From an uncultured Holophaga sp. (lineage in GTDB: Bacteria > Acidobacteriota > Holophagae > Holophagales > Holophagaceae), in NCBI GenBank assembly GCA_963664825.1, contig OY761614.1:1984001-2048000 (forward strand): a stretch of 64,000 nt of DNA, read 5' to 3'. Below the pieces are notes generated by a model. The model searched no databases, was not told the origin of the DNA, and worked only from the letters and a program-made list of their open reading frames with translations. Every line of letters starts with the position of its first letter. The stretch's first letter is position 1. Positions 47,834-57,159 of the stretch are shown here, piece after piece. The position numbers were made by a program, and so were the translations under genes.

Positions 47834-47971
47834 AGCAGGGCGGGCCACTGGATGCTAGCGCGAAGCGGGATATGATCAAAAAAGTTGGCTCTTTGAAAAA
47901 TTGAAAAAAAAATCGTCACATCGTCCGCCTCCGTGAAAGAATCAAGGCCATTCATGCACGGGGGTGCGCCA

Positions 47972-48832
47972 ATGGACCGGCAGATATTCTTCAACGGGGG
48001 ATTCCACCCGGAGACCGAGAAGCTCCTGAGCATCCAGGACCGGGGGATCTGCTTCGCCGATGGCCTGTTCGAGGTGATCCGCTGCGTGAACGGCAGGTTC
48101 CTGCTCTTCGGCAAGCACATTGGGCGCATGCGGGAGAGTGCGGCCTCGCTCCGGATGGACTTCCCCTATGCGACGGAGGAACTGCTGGAAACCTGCCGGG
48201 AGCTCTCGCGCCGCAACGGTATCCTGGACGGTGAGCTGTACCTGGAGATCACCCGGGGGGAGGCGCCTCGGTACCACACCTTTCCGGAGGGGGTCCGGCC
48301 CAACTTCTTCATCGTCCTCATCCCCCTCCGTAGGATGCCCGAGGATTGCTGGTCCGTGGGGGTCCGGACCGTGACGTTCCAGGACATCCGCTGGGGGTAC
48401 TGCCACATCAAGTCCATCAACCTGCTGCCCAACGTGCTGGGCAAGCAGTTCGCGAAGGAGAAGGGCGCCTTCGAGGCCCTTTTCTTCCGCGAGGACGGGA
48501 AGGGCCGGTATCTGACCGAAGGCCCCAGTTCGACGATCTTCTGTGTGCGGGAGGGGATCCTGACCACACCCGAGCTGGACAACATCCTCCCAGGCACGAC
48601 CCGCCATTACGTCCTGGAACTGGCGCGGAAGTGCGGCATGGAAGTGCGCGAACGCCGCCTGTATCTCCAGGAGTTCCTGGCCGCGGAAGAGGCCTTCATC
48701 TCCAGCACCGTCTCCGAGGTGATGCCGGTGGTGAAGGTGGACGACACCGTCCTCAGCGGAGGGCGGAAGGGGCCGGTCACGGAGCGCCTCCAGGCGTTGT
48801 ACGCGGAATTCAAGAAGGAACACCTGGAATAG
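47972..48832 (+). CDS. dat: Class IV aminotransferase, D-amino acid aminotransferase-like
   Basis: DRGICFADGLFEV, LEITRG, DIRW..CHIKSINLLPNVL, TEG.SS and ILPGTTR. Confidence 0.82.
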   Translation: MDRQIFFNGGFHPETEKLLSIQDRGICFADGLFEVIRCVNGRFLLFGKHIGRMRESAASLRMDFPYATEELLETCRELSRRNGILDGELYLEITRGEAPRYHTFPEGVRPNFFIVLIPLRRMPEDCWSVGVRTVTFQDIRWGYCHIKSINLLPNVLGKQFAKEKGAFEALFFREDGKGRYLTEGPSSTIFCVREGILTTPELDNILPGTTRHYVLELARKCGMEVRERRLYLQEFLAAEEAFISSTVSEVMPVVKVDDTVLSGGRKGPVTERLQALYAEFKKEHLE

Positions 48833-48893
48833 GTTGCCCTCGAACCCAAATCGACGATCAGCCAGCCTCATTTCGGCCGGAAAGGCGGTGCCC

Positions 48894-50513
48894 ATGTGCC
48901 CTTCTCGCAGTCTTGCCCTGACCCGGGCCGCGGTTCTGTTGGTCGTGGCCGTCTGCCTGGCCCTCCCGCTTCTTTCGGGCGCGCCCCCGACCCGGAGGGT
49001 GGATCCGGAGGCCCTGCTTCGATCACTGGCAGATCCCGATCCTCGATCACGGGAGGAGGCCCTGGCCAGCTTGCACCGGCTCGGACCCGAGGAACAGGGC
49101 GTGGTCAAGATCCTGGTGATGGCCCTGGGCCACCAGGACATCTATGTGCGGGGCGCGGCGGCCCTGGGCCTGGGCCGGATCGGCGAAACCGCCGTCCCGG
49201 CGCTGGTGGGAGCGCTGCAGGACGCTCATGCCGAAGTCCGATGGTCGGCGGCCATTGCCCTGGGACAGGTGGGAGCCGCCGCCAAGGGGGCCGTGCCGGC
49301 CCTGATCAAGTCCCTGGCCGATTCGGACGAGAATGTCCGCTCCGCATCAGCATTTGCCCTGGGGGGGCTCGGCGAGGCGGCTCGGGAGGCGACATCGGCG
49401 CTGGGTGCGCGGCTTAGCGACCGGGAGGAGGCCGTGCGGACGGCGGCTGCCTGGGCCTTGAGGCAGGCCGCCCCCGGGAGCCGGGCACCTCTGCTCACCC
49501 GCGATGCCCTGGCTACTACCATCGACCACCTTGTCCCTGCCCTGATGGAGGAACTCCATGTACCCGGCGTGGCCATAGCGCTGATCCAGGAACGACGGTT
49601 GGTCTGGTCCCAGGGCTATGGCGTCAGGAATGCCCAGTCCCAGGAACCGGTCACTACCGGAACGGTCTTCGAGGCGGCCTCCATGAGCAAACCCATTCTT
49701 GGCATGTTGGCGTTGCAGTTGGTGGACCGGGGGCAGCTAAACCTCGACCGCCCGCTGGAGGCCTACGGGAAGGAACAGATCCTGCCCGAACTGCCCGAGC
49801 GCCGTCTCGTGACGGCCCGGATGGCCCTTTCCCACACGTCCGGGTTTCCCAACTGGCGTCCGGGTGGGGAGGAGCGGGAAGGACCCATCCCGCTCCTGTT
49901 CCGTCCGGGCTCCCGGTTCGGCTACTCCGGAGAGGGAATCTTCTACCTCCAGCGGGCGCTCGAACGGATCACGGGCCAGCCCCTCGACCAGTGGGCGACT
50001 CACAGCCTCTTCGCTCCTCTCGGGCTGGTGGCCACGGGTTTCGTCTGGACTCCAGCCCTCGAGGCTCGGCTTGCCAGCGGTCACCGGGACAATGGGATGG
50101 TCCTGGGTAAATCCAAGTATCTGCACCCCAATGCGGCCTACTCCCTCTATACCACGGTCGAGGACTACGCATCCCTGCTCGTTGAAGTCATGAAGGCCGA
50201 ACGGGGTGATTCAAGGCTTCTCTCCAAGGCCTCTGCCCAGGAGGCCCTCACCCATCAGGTTCGCCTGGACGCTCGCGCACCCATGGAACGCCCGGGCCTT
50301 GCGCGGGGCACTGCGGTCTTCTGGGGCCTGGGCTGGTCCATCAACGCCACGGAGCAGGGAGACATCGCCCATCACAGTGGGGCCAATGGGACCGGGTTCC
50401 GATGCTTCTCCCAGTTCTTCCCCTCCCGTGGCACAGGCCTGGTCATCCTGACCAACGGCACCCAGGGCGGCGATCTCTGGACCCGCCTGGTTGCGGCGAT
50501 CGGGGATCTCTGA
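48894..50513 (+). CDS. Secreted HEAT-repeat plus serine hydrolase (beta-lactamase class C / S12) fusion
   Basis: VR..AA.ALG repeats, then FEAASMSK (SxxK), SHTSG, FGYSGEG, HSGANG and LVILTN. Confidence 0.85.
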   Translation: MCPSRSLALTRAAVLLVVAVCLALPLLSGAPPTRRVDPEALLRSLADPDPRSREEALASLHRLGPEEQGVVKILVMALGHQDIYVRGAAALGLGRIGETAVPALVGALQDAHAEVRWSAAIALGQVGAAAKGAVPALIKSLADSDENVRSASAFALGGLGEAAREATSALGARLSDREEAVRTAAAWALRQAAPGSRAPLLTRDALATTIDHLVPALMEELHVPGVAIALIQERRLVWSQGYGVRNAQSQEPVTTGTVFEAASMSKPILGMLALQLVDRGQLNLDRPLEAYGKEQILPELPERRLVTARMALSHTSGFPNWRPGGEEREGPIPLLFRPGSRFGYSGEGIFYLQRALERITGQPLDQWATHSLFAPLGLVATGFVWTPALEARLASGHRDNGMVLGKSKYLHPNAAYSLYTTVEDYASLLVEVMKAERGDSRLLSKASAQEALTHQVRLDARAPMERPGLARGTAVFWGLGWSINATEQGDIAHHSGANGTGFRCFSQFFPSRGTGLVILTNGTQGGDLWTRLVAAIGDL

Positions 50514-50719
50514 TCCGGCCCCAGGGGGAACCATTTCCGGACCAGCGTGTGTGAGCTTCCTCACACACCGTCTCCGCGCCTTGCTACTAAGCCTGTCTCT
50601 AGGAGAAAATGAACCTGCCAACAGAATGGGGGCGGTGTGTGACTGCCCCGCAGGTTCTGTCTGGCTCCATTTTTTGAATCAATTTGGAAATAGAGCCCTG
50701 GCGGGGCAGAAGCGGAAGC

Positions 50720-51448
50720 ATGGCGATCGGCATCGGGACTCTTGATAAGGACGAATTCCTGGAAGGCGTCCATAACGCTGTGCCCATCTTCATCGGCTAC
50801 TTCACCTGTTCCCTGGCCTTCGGCCTCCTGGCCGTCTCCACGGGTGTCTCTCCCCTGCTGGCCATCCTCTTCTCGGCCACCAATCTCACGGGGGCCGCCC
50901 AGTTCATGGCCATCAATCTCCTGGGCTCCGGGGCCGCCCTCAGCGAGATCTTCATTTCCGTCCTGCTCATGAACATGCGGTATTTCATCATGAGCATGGC
51001 CATCTCCCGGAAGATCGCCTTCCAGCGCATAGAGGACCGTTTCCTGCTGGCCTTCGGCATCACCGACGAAGTCTTCTCGGTGGCTTCCCTGCGCCCCGGC
51101 CAGGTCTCCCGGTCCTTCATGCTTGGCCTGGAGGGCTTCTCCTGGCTGGGCTGGGCCACGGGCACCGTGGCGGGAGTCACCATCGGCTCCTTCCTGCCCA
51201 AGTCCCTCCAGGACGCCATGTCGGGAGCCCTCTTCGCCCTCTTCGCGGCCCTCCTGGTGCCCGAGATCAAGAAGAGCCACCTGCCCCTGGTGCTCGCCCT
51301 CTCGGCCGGAGCCCTGAATTCGGCCCTCTACTACATCGCGAGGGTGCCTGCGGGCTGGTCCATCGTCATCTCCATGCTGGTCATCACCGCCATTGGCGCG
51401 GCCCTCTTCGAAGACGCGCCCGAGGATGCGGAGGTGGCCAATGCATAG
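50720..51448 (+). CDS. azlC: AzlC-family branched-chain amino acid transporter permease
   Basis: PIFIGY, GAAQF, NMRY, FGITDEVF and W..GT..G. Confidence 0.9.
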   Translation: MAIGIGTLDKDEFLEGVHNAVPIFIGYFTCSLAFGLLAVSTGVSPLLAILFSATNLTGAAQFMAINLLGSGAALSEIFISVLLMNMRYFIMSMAISRKIAFQRIEDRFLLAFGITDEVFSVASLRPGQVSRSFMLGLEGFSWLGWATGTVAGVTIGSFLPKSLQDAMSGALFALFAALLVPEIKKSHLPLVLALSAGALNSALYYIARVPAGWSIVISMLVITAIGAALFEDAPEDAEVANA

Positions 51449-51818
51449 GGCCCTCTTCCTGGTGCTGGGCTGCGCGGTGATCAACTACGGCCTGCGCTCG
51501 GTGCCCTTTTTCACCAAGGCCATCCAGGAGATGCCGCCCTACCTGAAGCGCTGCCTCGCCTACATGCCCATCGCCGCCCTGGGCGCCCTGATCTTCCCGG
51601 GCATCTTCACGTCCTTCCCCGGCAAGCCCCTGGCGGGTCTGGCCGGTGTGGCCGCGGCGGCCATCGCCGCCTGGTTTGCCCGGGGCCTGGTCATTCCCGT
51701 CATCGCCTCCATCGCGGCCACCTGGTTGGTGCTCCAGTACGGATATGCCCCGTCCACCGCTCAGCAAGTCATCCAGGCGCCCACAGCCCAGCATGCCGTG
51801 GTGCGTCTGCAGCAGTAG
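51441..51818 (+). CDS. azlD: AzlD-family membrane protein
   Basis: NYGLRSVPF and YMPIAALGALIFP; overlaps the azlC stop. Confidence 0.85.
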   Translation: MHRALFLVLGCAVINYGLRSVPFFTKAIQEMPPYLKRCLAYMPIAALGALIFPGIFTSFPGKPLAGLAGVAAAAIAAWFARGLVIPVIASIAATWLVLQYGYAPSTAQQVIQAPTAQHAVVRLQQ

Positions 51819-51820
51819 GT

Positions 51821-52045
51821 TCAGCGCCTCACAAGCCGAGCGCCCCTGTGGTCATCGTCGCAGGTGAGGGTGAAATCCCCGTGGATCCCCTCGGTGGTCA
51901 CGAAGGGCGTCAGCAGGGAAGCGGGGAACTGAAGGGTCAGCCCATCGGGGCAGCGCGCGATCACCTGCTTGGCGCTGCCCCGGTAGTAGTCCAGGTATCT
52001 TCCCGGCGAGATGCTGAGATGGAATTCGTAGCGCTGCACGGCCAC
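51821..52045 (-). CDS. Small DUF2835-like protein
   Basis: YLDYYRG.AKQVIAR..DG..LQFPA..L.PFVT..GIHG.F; start overlaps the upstream stop. Confidence 0.75.
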   Translation of the reverse strand: MAVQRYEFHLSISPGRYLDYYRGSAKQVIARCPDGLTLQFPASLLTPFVTTEGIHGDFTLTCDDDHRGARLVRR

Positions 52046-52986
52046 TAAGTCTGTCGTGGGAGGATTCCTGGGGTGTTGGAGCCCTTCAGCCCGCGGGTGT
52101 CCTGGGAGGCGGCCAGCAGATCGGTCAGCAGGCCGGGGTTGGCGGGGATCAGCGTGAGGCTGGCGCCCCCTTCCAGGAGGGCCTTGATCTCCAGGAGGGC
52201 GAAGAGGGCGGTGGCCACATCGGGATCCTGGGAGACCTGATCCAGGGCCGTGCCCACCACCTGAGGCCGCACGGCGCCAGCCTTGCCGAATTCCACGGCG
52301 GCCTGGCGCTCGGCGGTGCTGGCGATGATGTTCACCTGGTTGGTGCCGTCCTGCTTGATGGAGGAGGTCACCTGCCGCAGGCGATTCACCACCTTGCTCT
52401 CGATCTGGTGGATCATGTCCGCGTCCCGGAAATGCACCTTGCGGATGTAGATGGAACCCAGGCGGTAGCCCCAGTCGTGGGACTGCGGCGAGACCTCGTT
52501 GCGCACCGTCAGGCTCATGGTGTGGCGGTTGGAGAGCATATCGGCCAGGGGCATATTGCTCAGGCAGCGCACGGTGGAGTTGCTGACATTGGCGCTGAGG
52601 GAGCCCCGGGGGTCCGTGTTCTTGAAGAGGTAGGCCACGGGATCACTGATGTACATCTCGTACCAGATGCCGATGCCCATGGGGGCGCCTTCTTCCGAAT
52701 TCACGGGCTGGCTGCGGAGGTACTCCTGGTCCAGGCGCAGATCGATCTCGTAGCGCTTCCCGATCCAGTTGATGAAGAGGGCCCGGATGCCCATGCGAGT
52801 CCAGAGCGAGTGCAGCCCTGGCTCGTCGAGAGTGGCCGCCACCTTGCCAAAGAGCACGTATACGTAGCAGCGGCGCTCGGGGACGATGACGTAGACGCCG
52901 AACATCCGGATGAGCCCCAGCAGGATGGGCACCAGGATGAAGCAGGCGACGAAGGCGAGGAGGGCTGCACCCATGGTTCCCATCAC
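52045..52986 (-). CDS. SPFH/Band 7 domain protein
   Basis: N-terminal TM, FGK...EPGLH and ISDPVAYLF; coupled to the upstream SPFH gene. Confidence 0.82.
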   Translation of the reverse strand: MMGTMGAALLAFVACFILVPILLGLIRMFGVYVIVPERRCYVYVLFGKVAATLDEPGLHSLWTRMGIRALFINWIGKRYEIDLRLDQEYLRSQPVNSEEGAPMGIGIWYEMYISDPVAYLFKNTDPRGSLSANVSNSTVRCLSNMPLADMLSNRHTMSLTVRNEVSPQSHDWGYRLGSIYIRKVHFRDADMIHQIESKVVNRLRQVTSSIKQDGTNQVNIIASTAERQAAVEFGKAGAVRPQVVGTALDQVSQDPDVATALFALLEIKALLEGGASLTLIPANPGLLTDLLAASQDTRGLKGSNTPGILPRQT

Positions 52987-53969
52987 TTCACCTCCATGAC
53001 GACGCGGGCCGCCTGGCTATAGAGCCCCAGGCGCACGTTGCGGACGTAGGCCTCCAGGGCGCCCTTGCCGCCCCGGGCCTTGAGCTCGGAGAGCTGGCCG
53101 GCCAGGAGGGTGAGGGGCTCGACTTCGGCCTGGGCCTTGAGGGTCTCGATCTCCACGGCCCGGCGGGACTGGACGATCTTCTGATCCGCGGAGGCCTGGG
53201 CCAGGCTGATATCGGAGGACACCTGGTTGTGGGCCGTGTTGATGGCGGCCAGAGCCGATTCCACCTCGGGGGGCGGATCGATGGAGGTGATGAGGGAGGC
53301 GTCCAGGTGGATGCCGTAGCGCGCCGCGGAGCAGGCGCATTCCTTGTCCATGTGCTCGTTGATATCCCGCAGATTCTTGCGCAGATCATTGATGGAGATG
53401 CCCGTCTGCACCGCGGGAGTCCCGTCGGCAGCGGCGGGAGCCTCGAAATTGGCGATGCGCTCCCGCAGCACGGAGACGAAGTAGCCCATGATGTGGGCGA
53501 TGGGGCGCTTCACGCCGAAGATGTAGGCATAGAGGTTCCGCTCGCTGACCTTGAAGCGGATCTGGCCCGAGAGGCCCGTATTGAGTTGGTCCTTGGTGAC
53601 GGCGTCCAGGATCGTGCCGCTGGCGTTGGCGCTCGGGGAGGTGGGATCCATGGCCATGCTCACGGTCTCGGTCGAGATGGAGACCTTGTAGACCTTCTCC
53701 CAGGGCCACTTGAAGTAGGGCCCTCCCGGCTGGATCACCCGCACTTGGGGGCAGGTGTAGCGCCGCTTCTCCTCCTCGTTGAGCATGGCGGAGATGGGAT
53801 CATCGGCCGTGGTGGCCTCTCCGAGGCGTTCGGCCCGGCCGAAGGAGGTCTTCACCGCCCGCTCGTTCTGGTTCACCGTGAAGAAGCCCGAAAGCACACA
53901 GCGCACCACGAACCAGGCGAAGAGACCGATCATGCATCCGAAGAACACATCGGGCGAAAGGGTGGGCAT
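52983..53969 (-). CDS. SPFH/Band 7 domain protein
   Basis: TM, VNQNERAV...FG, PGGPYFKWPW, AVTKD, ITSIDPPPEV and coiled tail. Confidence 0.85.
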   Translation of the reverse strand: MPTLSPDVFFGCMIGLFAWFVVRCVLSGFFTVNQNERAVKTSFGRAERLGEATTADDPISAMLNEEEKRRYTCPQVRVIQPGGPYFKWPWEKVYKVSISTETVSMAMDPTSPSANASGTILDAVTKDQLNTGLSGQIRFKVSERNLYAYIFGVKRPIAHIMGYFVSVLRERIANFEAPAAADGTPAVQTGISINDLRKNLRDINEHMDKECACSAARYGIHLDASLITSIDPPPEVESALAAINTAHNQVSSDISLAQASADQKIVQSRRAVEIETLKAQAEVEPLTLLAGQLSELKARGGKGALEAYVRNVRLGLYSQAARVVMEVK

Positions 53970-54167
53970 GCCATCACCTCTTGAGACGCAACCCCGCTAT
54001 CAGGGAACAAGGGATGATTATGGCAGGTTGGTCCCCCGCGATCCGGGTTTGGCTTCTGAAGAAAGGGTTGGCTCTTCGCTGAATGACACTGTCCTTCTGG
54101 ACAGCACCGTACGTGAGCACATTCCATGGATGAAATGCCAGGGTGGAATCCCGAAATTCCCTCAGGG

Positions 54168-55175
54168 TCAGCGCAGTTCAGCCAGGGCCTTGGACCAGGC
54201 CAATACTTCAGGGCCAGGCTTGGGTAGTTCCGGGATGTGCGCAGTGGCTTCCATGTAGCGTCGGATCAGAGAAGCTGGGCCCTCACGGAGGCTGGCCTTC
54301 AAGCCCTCCGCTCCTTGAGCCTTTTCCACTCCGAAGGCGAAGAGCATTCCGGAGATGGCGGCGTATTTGGACCAGAAAGGGCCCTGGTTGGCGTTGAGCA
54401 GCAATTCGGAGGTGGCCTTTCCTTCCCGGATGGAGACGAGGGCTGCCTCTAGGTCCTTGAGGGCCTTTTCTCCCCTTCCGGCGGGGAAGCCCTTGGCTCG
54501 GAGATCGACTTGGTCTGCCAGGAAGTGGGCTATGCCTTCATCCTGCGTCGTGAGGAGGAGGGATTCGATGGGTTTCAAGGCCGAATCGGGTTTGTGGCGC
54601 GGGTCCTGTTCCCGCATGGTGCCGTAGTAGACATGGAAGATTTCGTGGCGGAGGACATTTAGGGCTCCGGTTGCCTGGTCATCCGGAGTCTTGCCATAGG
54701 CAGGACCGGCCACGAGGCAGGCGTTCAACAGAATCACCAGCCGACCCCTCTCATCCTCCACTTGGCTGCCATCCTGGACCTTGAAGCGTCGGACATACAT
54801 GTCACCCCAGATGGGGAATCCGTTGGCCACCACTTTGACCTCGGCCATTACGCCGGGAAGCGGGGGGAAGAGGGGTGCCAATTCCGTGTCCAGGTGGGTG
54901 GGGTCGGCCCTGCGAAGGGCCTTTACGAAAGCTTCCACATGCGAGGGGCTCGGGGGGGGCGGGAGATTCGAGATCAGGTCGCCGAAGGAACCCCAGCTCG
55001 CCTCGGCCATCTGGCCGCCCTCCGTGGCGGCACTGGCCGCCTCCCAGGAGGCTGGCCGTTGCGGGGCCACCTGGGCCCGGGCGATCCAGGCCTTGATGCC
55101 TCGGTAATCCACGCGAACCTGGGCGGCGAGGGGGGTAAGAATCATAAGGAGCAGAAAGGGACTGACGAGGCGCAT
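54168..55175 (-). CDS. Secreted putative Zn-dependent protease (DUF5700-like)
   Basis: Signal peptide, RHEIFH and QDEGIAH zinc-ligand pattern. Confidence 0.65.
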   Translation of the reverse strand: MRLVSPFLLLMILTPLAAQVRVDYRGIKAWIARAQVAPQRPASWEAASAATEGGQMAEASWGSFGDLISNLPPPPSPSHVEAFVKALRRADPTHLDTELAPLFPPLPGVMAEVKVVANGFPIWGDMYVRRFKVQDGSQVEDERGRLVILLNACLVAGPAYGKTPDDQATGALNVLRHEIFHVYYGTMREQDPRHKPDSALKPIESLLLTTQDEGIAHFLADQVDLRAKGFPAGRGEKALKDLEAALVSIREGKATSELLLNANQGPFWSKYAAISGMLFAFGVEKAQGAEGLKASLREGPASLIRRYMEATAHIPELPKPGPEVLAWSKALAELR

Positions 55176-55303
55176 GCCGATAGTTTGGCACGGCATACCT
55201 GCCTGGTCGCTACAGCGCTGCCGCCGAACCGCACTGGTTTCTTGGCTGGAGGCTCTACCAAACAGAATCGCGAAGAGCCCATTCTTTTGATGGCGGCTCG
55301 GGT

Positions 55304-56143
55304 TCAGTATTCCGCGGGCAGCTCGTTGAGCTGGGCCATGGTGTAGACGGGGCCATCCTTGCAGACATAGCTGCTGCCCGTGTTGCAGCGCCCGCACTTG
55401 CCCAGGCCGCACTTCATGCGGTTCTCCAGCGTCGTGAAGATCTGATCCGGGGCGAAGCCGAGTTTTTGCAATACGGGCAGTGTGAGCTTGATCATGATGG
55501 GCGGGCCACAGACGATGGCGATGGTGTTCTCCGGTGAAAGGCCCAGGGCCTCCACCACCGGCGGCACGAAACCCACCTGGCCCTTCCATTCCGGCGTCTC
55601 GCCCCCGGGATCCACGGTGGTGACGAGCTTCATATCGGGGCGTTCGCCCCATTCCTTCAGCTCGGCCTTGTAGACCAGATCGGCCACGGAGCGGGCGCCG
55701 TAGACTACCGTGATGTCCTTGAACCAATCCCTCTGGTCCAGGCAGTTCCAGATGACGCTGCGCAGGGGGGGCAGGGCGATGCCCCCGGCGATGAAGACCA
55801 GGTTCCTGCCCTTCCAATCCTCGATGGGGAACACGTTGCCGTAGGGGCCGCGGAAGCCCACGATATCGCCCACCTCCTTGTCGGCGAGAGAGGCCGTCAC
55901 GCGGCCCGCCTCCCGGAAGGTGCATTCGATGTAGCCCTTGCGTGTGGGGCTGCTCGCAATACAGAACGTACTCTCCCCCTCGCCGAAGGCGCTGTAGAGG
56001 CCAAACTGGCCGGTCCTGAAGCTGAAGGCCTGGGCCTGCACCTCGTCCACGAATTCCAGGCGGAAGGTCTTCACGCCGGGGGCCTCGTCGGTGATCTTGG
56101 CGATCCGCATCAGGTAGGGCAGGTAGATGTTGGGTTCGCTCAT
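55304..56143 (-). CDS. flxA: FlxA / AsrB-like FAD/NAD-binding [2Fe-2S] oxidoreductase
   Basis: RGPYGN, AGGIALPPLRS, CGPPIM and ENRMKCGLGKCGRC...CKDGPV. Confidence 0.85.
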   Translation of the reverse strand: MSEPNIYLPYLMRIAKITDEAPGVKTFRLEFVDEVQAQAFSFRTGQFGLYSAFGEGESTFCIASSPTRKGYIECTFREAGRVTASLADKEVGDIVGFRGPYGNVFPIEDWKGRNLVFIAGGIALPPLRSVIWNCLDQRDWFKDITVVYGARSVADLVYKAELKEWGERPDMKLVTTVDPGGETPEWKGQVGFVPPVVEALGLSPENTIAIVCGPPIMIKLTLPVLQKLGFAPDQIFTTLENRMKCGLGKCGRCNTGSSYVCKDGPVYTMAQLNELPAEY

Positions 56144-57153
56144 GCCTTCACCTCCGCGGCTTCCATCAGATGCTCCTTCAGGTTCATGTCCACGGGGCAG
56201 GCCCTCGTGCACTTGCCGCAGCCCACGCAGCCCAGCATCTGGTAGCGCTCGGGGTAGGTGCTGAACTTGTGGTAGATGCGCTGGCGCCAACGGGCTCCCT
56301 GGTCTGGGCGGGGATTGTGGCCCGAGGCGTGCAAGGTGAACATGGAGAATCCGCAGCTATCCCAGCAGCGCAGGCGCTGGCCATGCTTGGGGTCGGCCTC
56401 CTCCTGCACATCGAAACAGACACAGGTGGGACATACGAAGGCGCAGGCGCCGCAACCGATGCAGCGCAGGGCCTGGTCATTCCACAACTCGCTCTCGAAC
56501 ATCCCGGGCAGCTTGGCCGTCAGCGCGGGCTGGTCGAAGGCCGACTCCAGCTTCACCGTGAAAGCGGCCTTGTCGATGCCTTCGCAGGGGGTGAAGAGCT
56601 CCGGCGCCAGGGCCTGGATGGCCTGGCCCTTTTCCGTCAGGACCTCGGCCAGGAAGCCGCCCTCCGTGGGCGTCAGGAGGATATCGCTCCCCTTCGTGTC
56701 GGTGGGGCCTCCCCCCACGCTCGTGCAGAAGCAGGCCGCGTCGGCCTTGGTGCAGCTCAGGCCGATCACGGCCATCTGCTCCATGCGCGCATTGAAGAAC
56801 CTGTCCCGGGTATCCCAGTTGAAGACCGCGTCGAGAGCCGCGAAGGCTTTGGCCTCGCAGGGGCGCACGCCGAAGAGCACGGTGGGACGAGCATTGGGCT
56901 CGGCATCATGGAGCGCCACCTGGCCGGGCGTCGTCTCATAGGTGAGCAGGCGCTCCACCTTGGGAAAGGCGATCTCCTTGGCCGAAAGGATGGTCTGGAT
57001 GTAGTCCTGGGCCACCTGCTGAGGACGTTCGACCTCGCTGAGTTCCGTGCGGCCATCGGCGTCCACGGGGGCCAGCACCCGGCGGCCATCCTTCCTCAGG
57101 GCCTCGAAGAGGGCGTCCAGCGCTTCCAACGTGAGTTTGTATGTCTCTGCCAT
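56140..57153 (-). CDS. flxB: FlxB / AsrA-like 4Fe-4S protein
   Basis: GVRPCE, CFCTSVG, CIGCGACAFVCPTCVCF, WDSC and CVGCGKCTRACP. Confidence 0.85.
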   Translation of the reverse strand: MAETYKLTLEALDALFEALRKDGRRVLAPVDADGRTELSEVERPQQVAQDYIQTILSAKEIAFPKVERLLTYETTPGQVALHDAEPNARPTVLFGVRPCEAKAFAALDAVFNWDTRDRFFNARMEQMAVIGLSCTKADAACFCTSVGGGPTDTKGSDILLTPTEGGFLAEVLTEKGQAIQALAPELFTPCEGIDKAAFTVKLESAFDQPALTAKLPGMFESELWNDQALRCIGCGACAFVCPTCVCFDVQEEADPKHGQRLRCWDSCGFSMFTLHASGHNPRPDQGARWRQRIYHKFSTYPERYQMLGCVGCGKCTRACPVDMNLKEHLMEAAEVKA

Positions 57154-57159
57154 GGCCGC

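Noticed and set aside
55186..55203. Sigma-54 promoter (TGGCACG)
   Set aside because: The GC is not at the required spacing, and no plus-strand gene follows.
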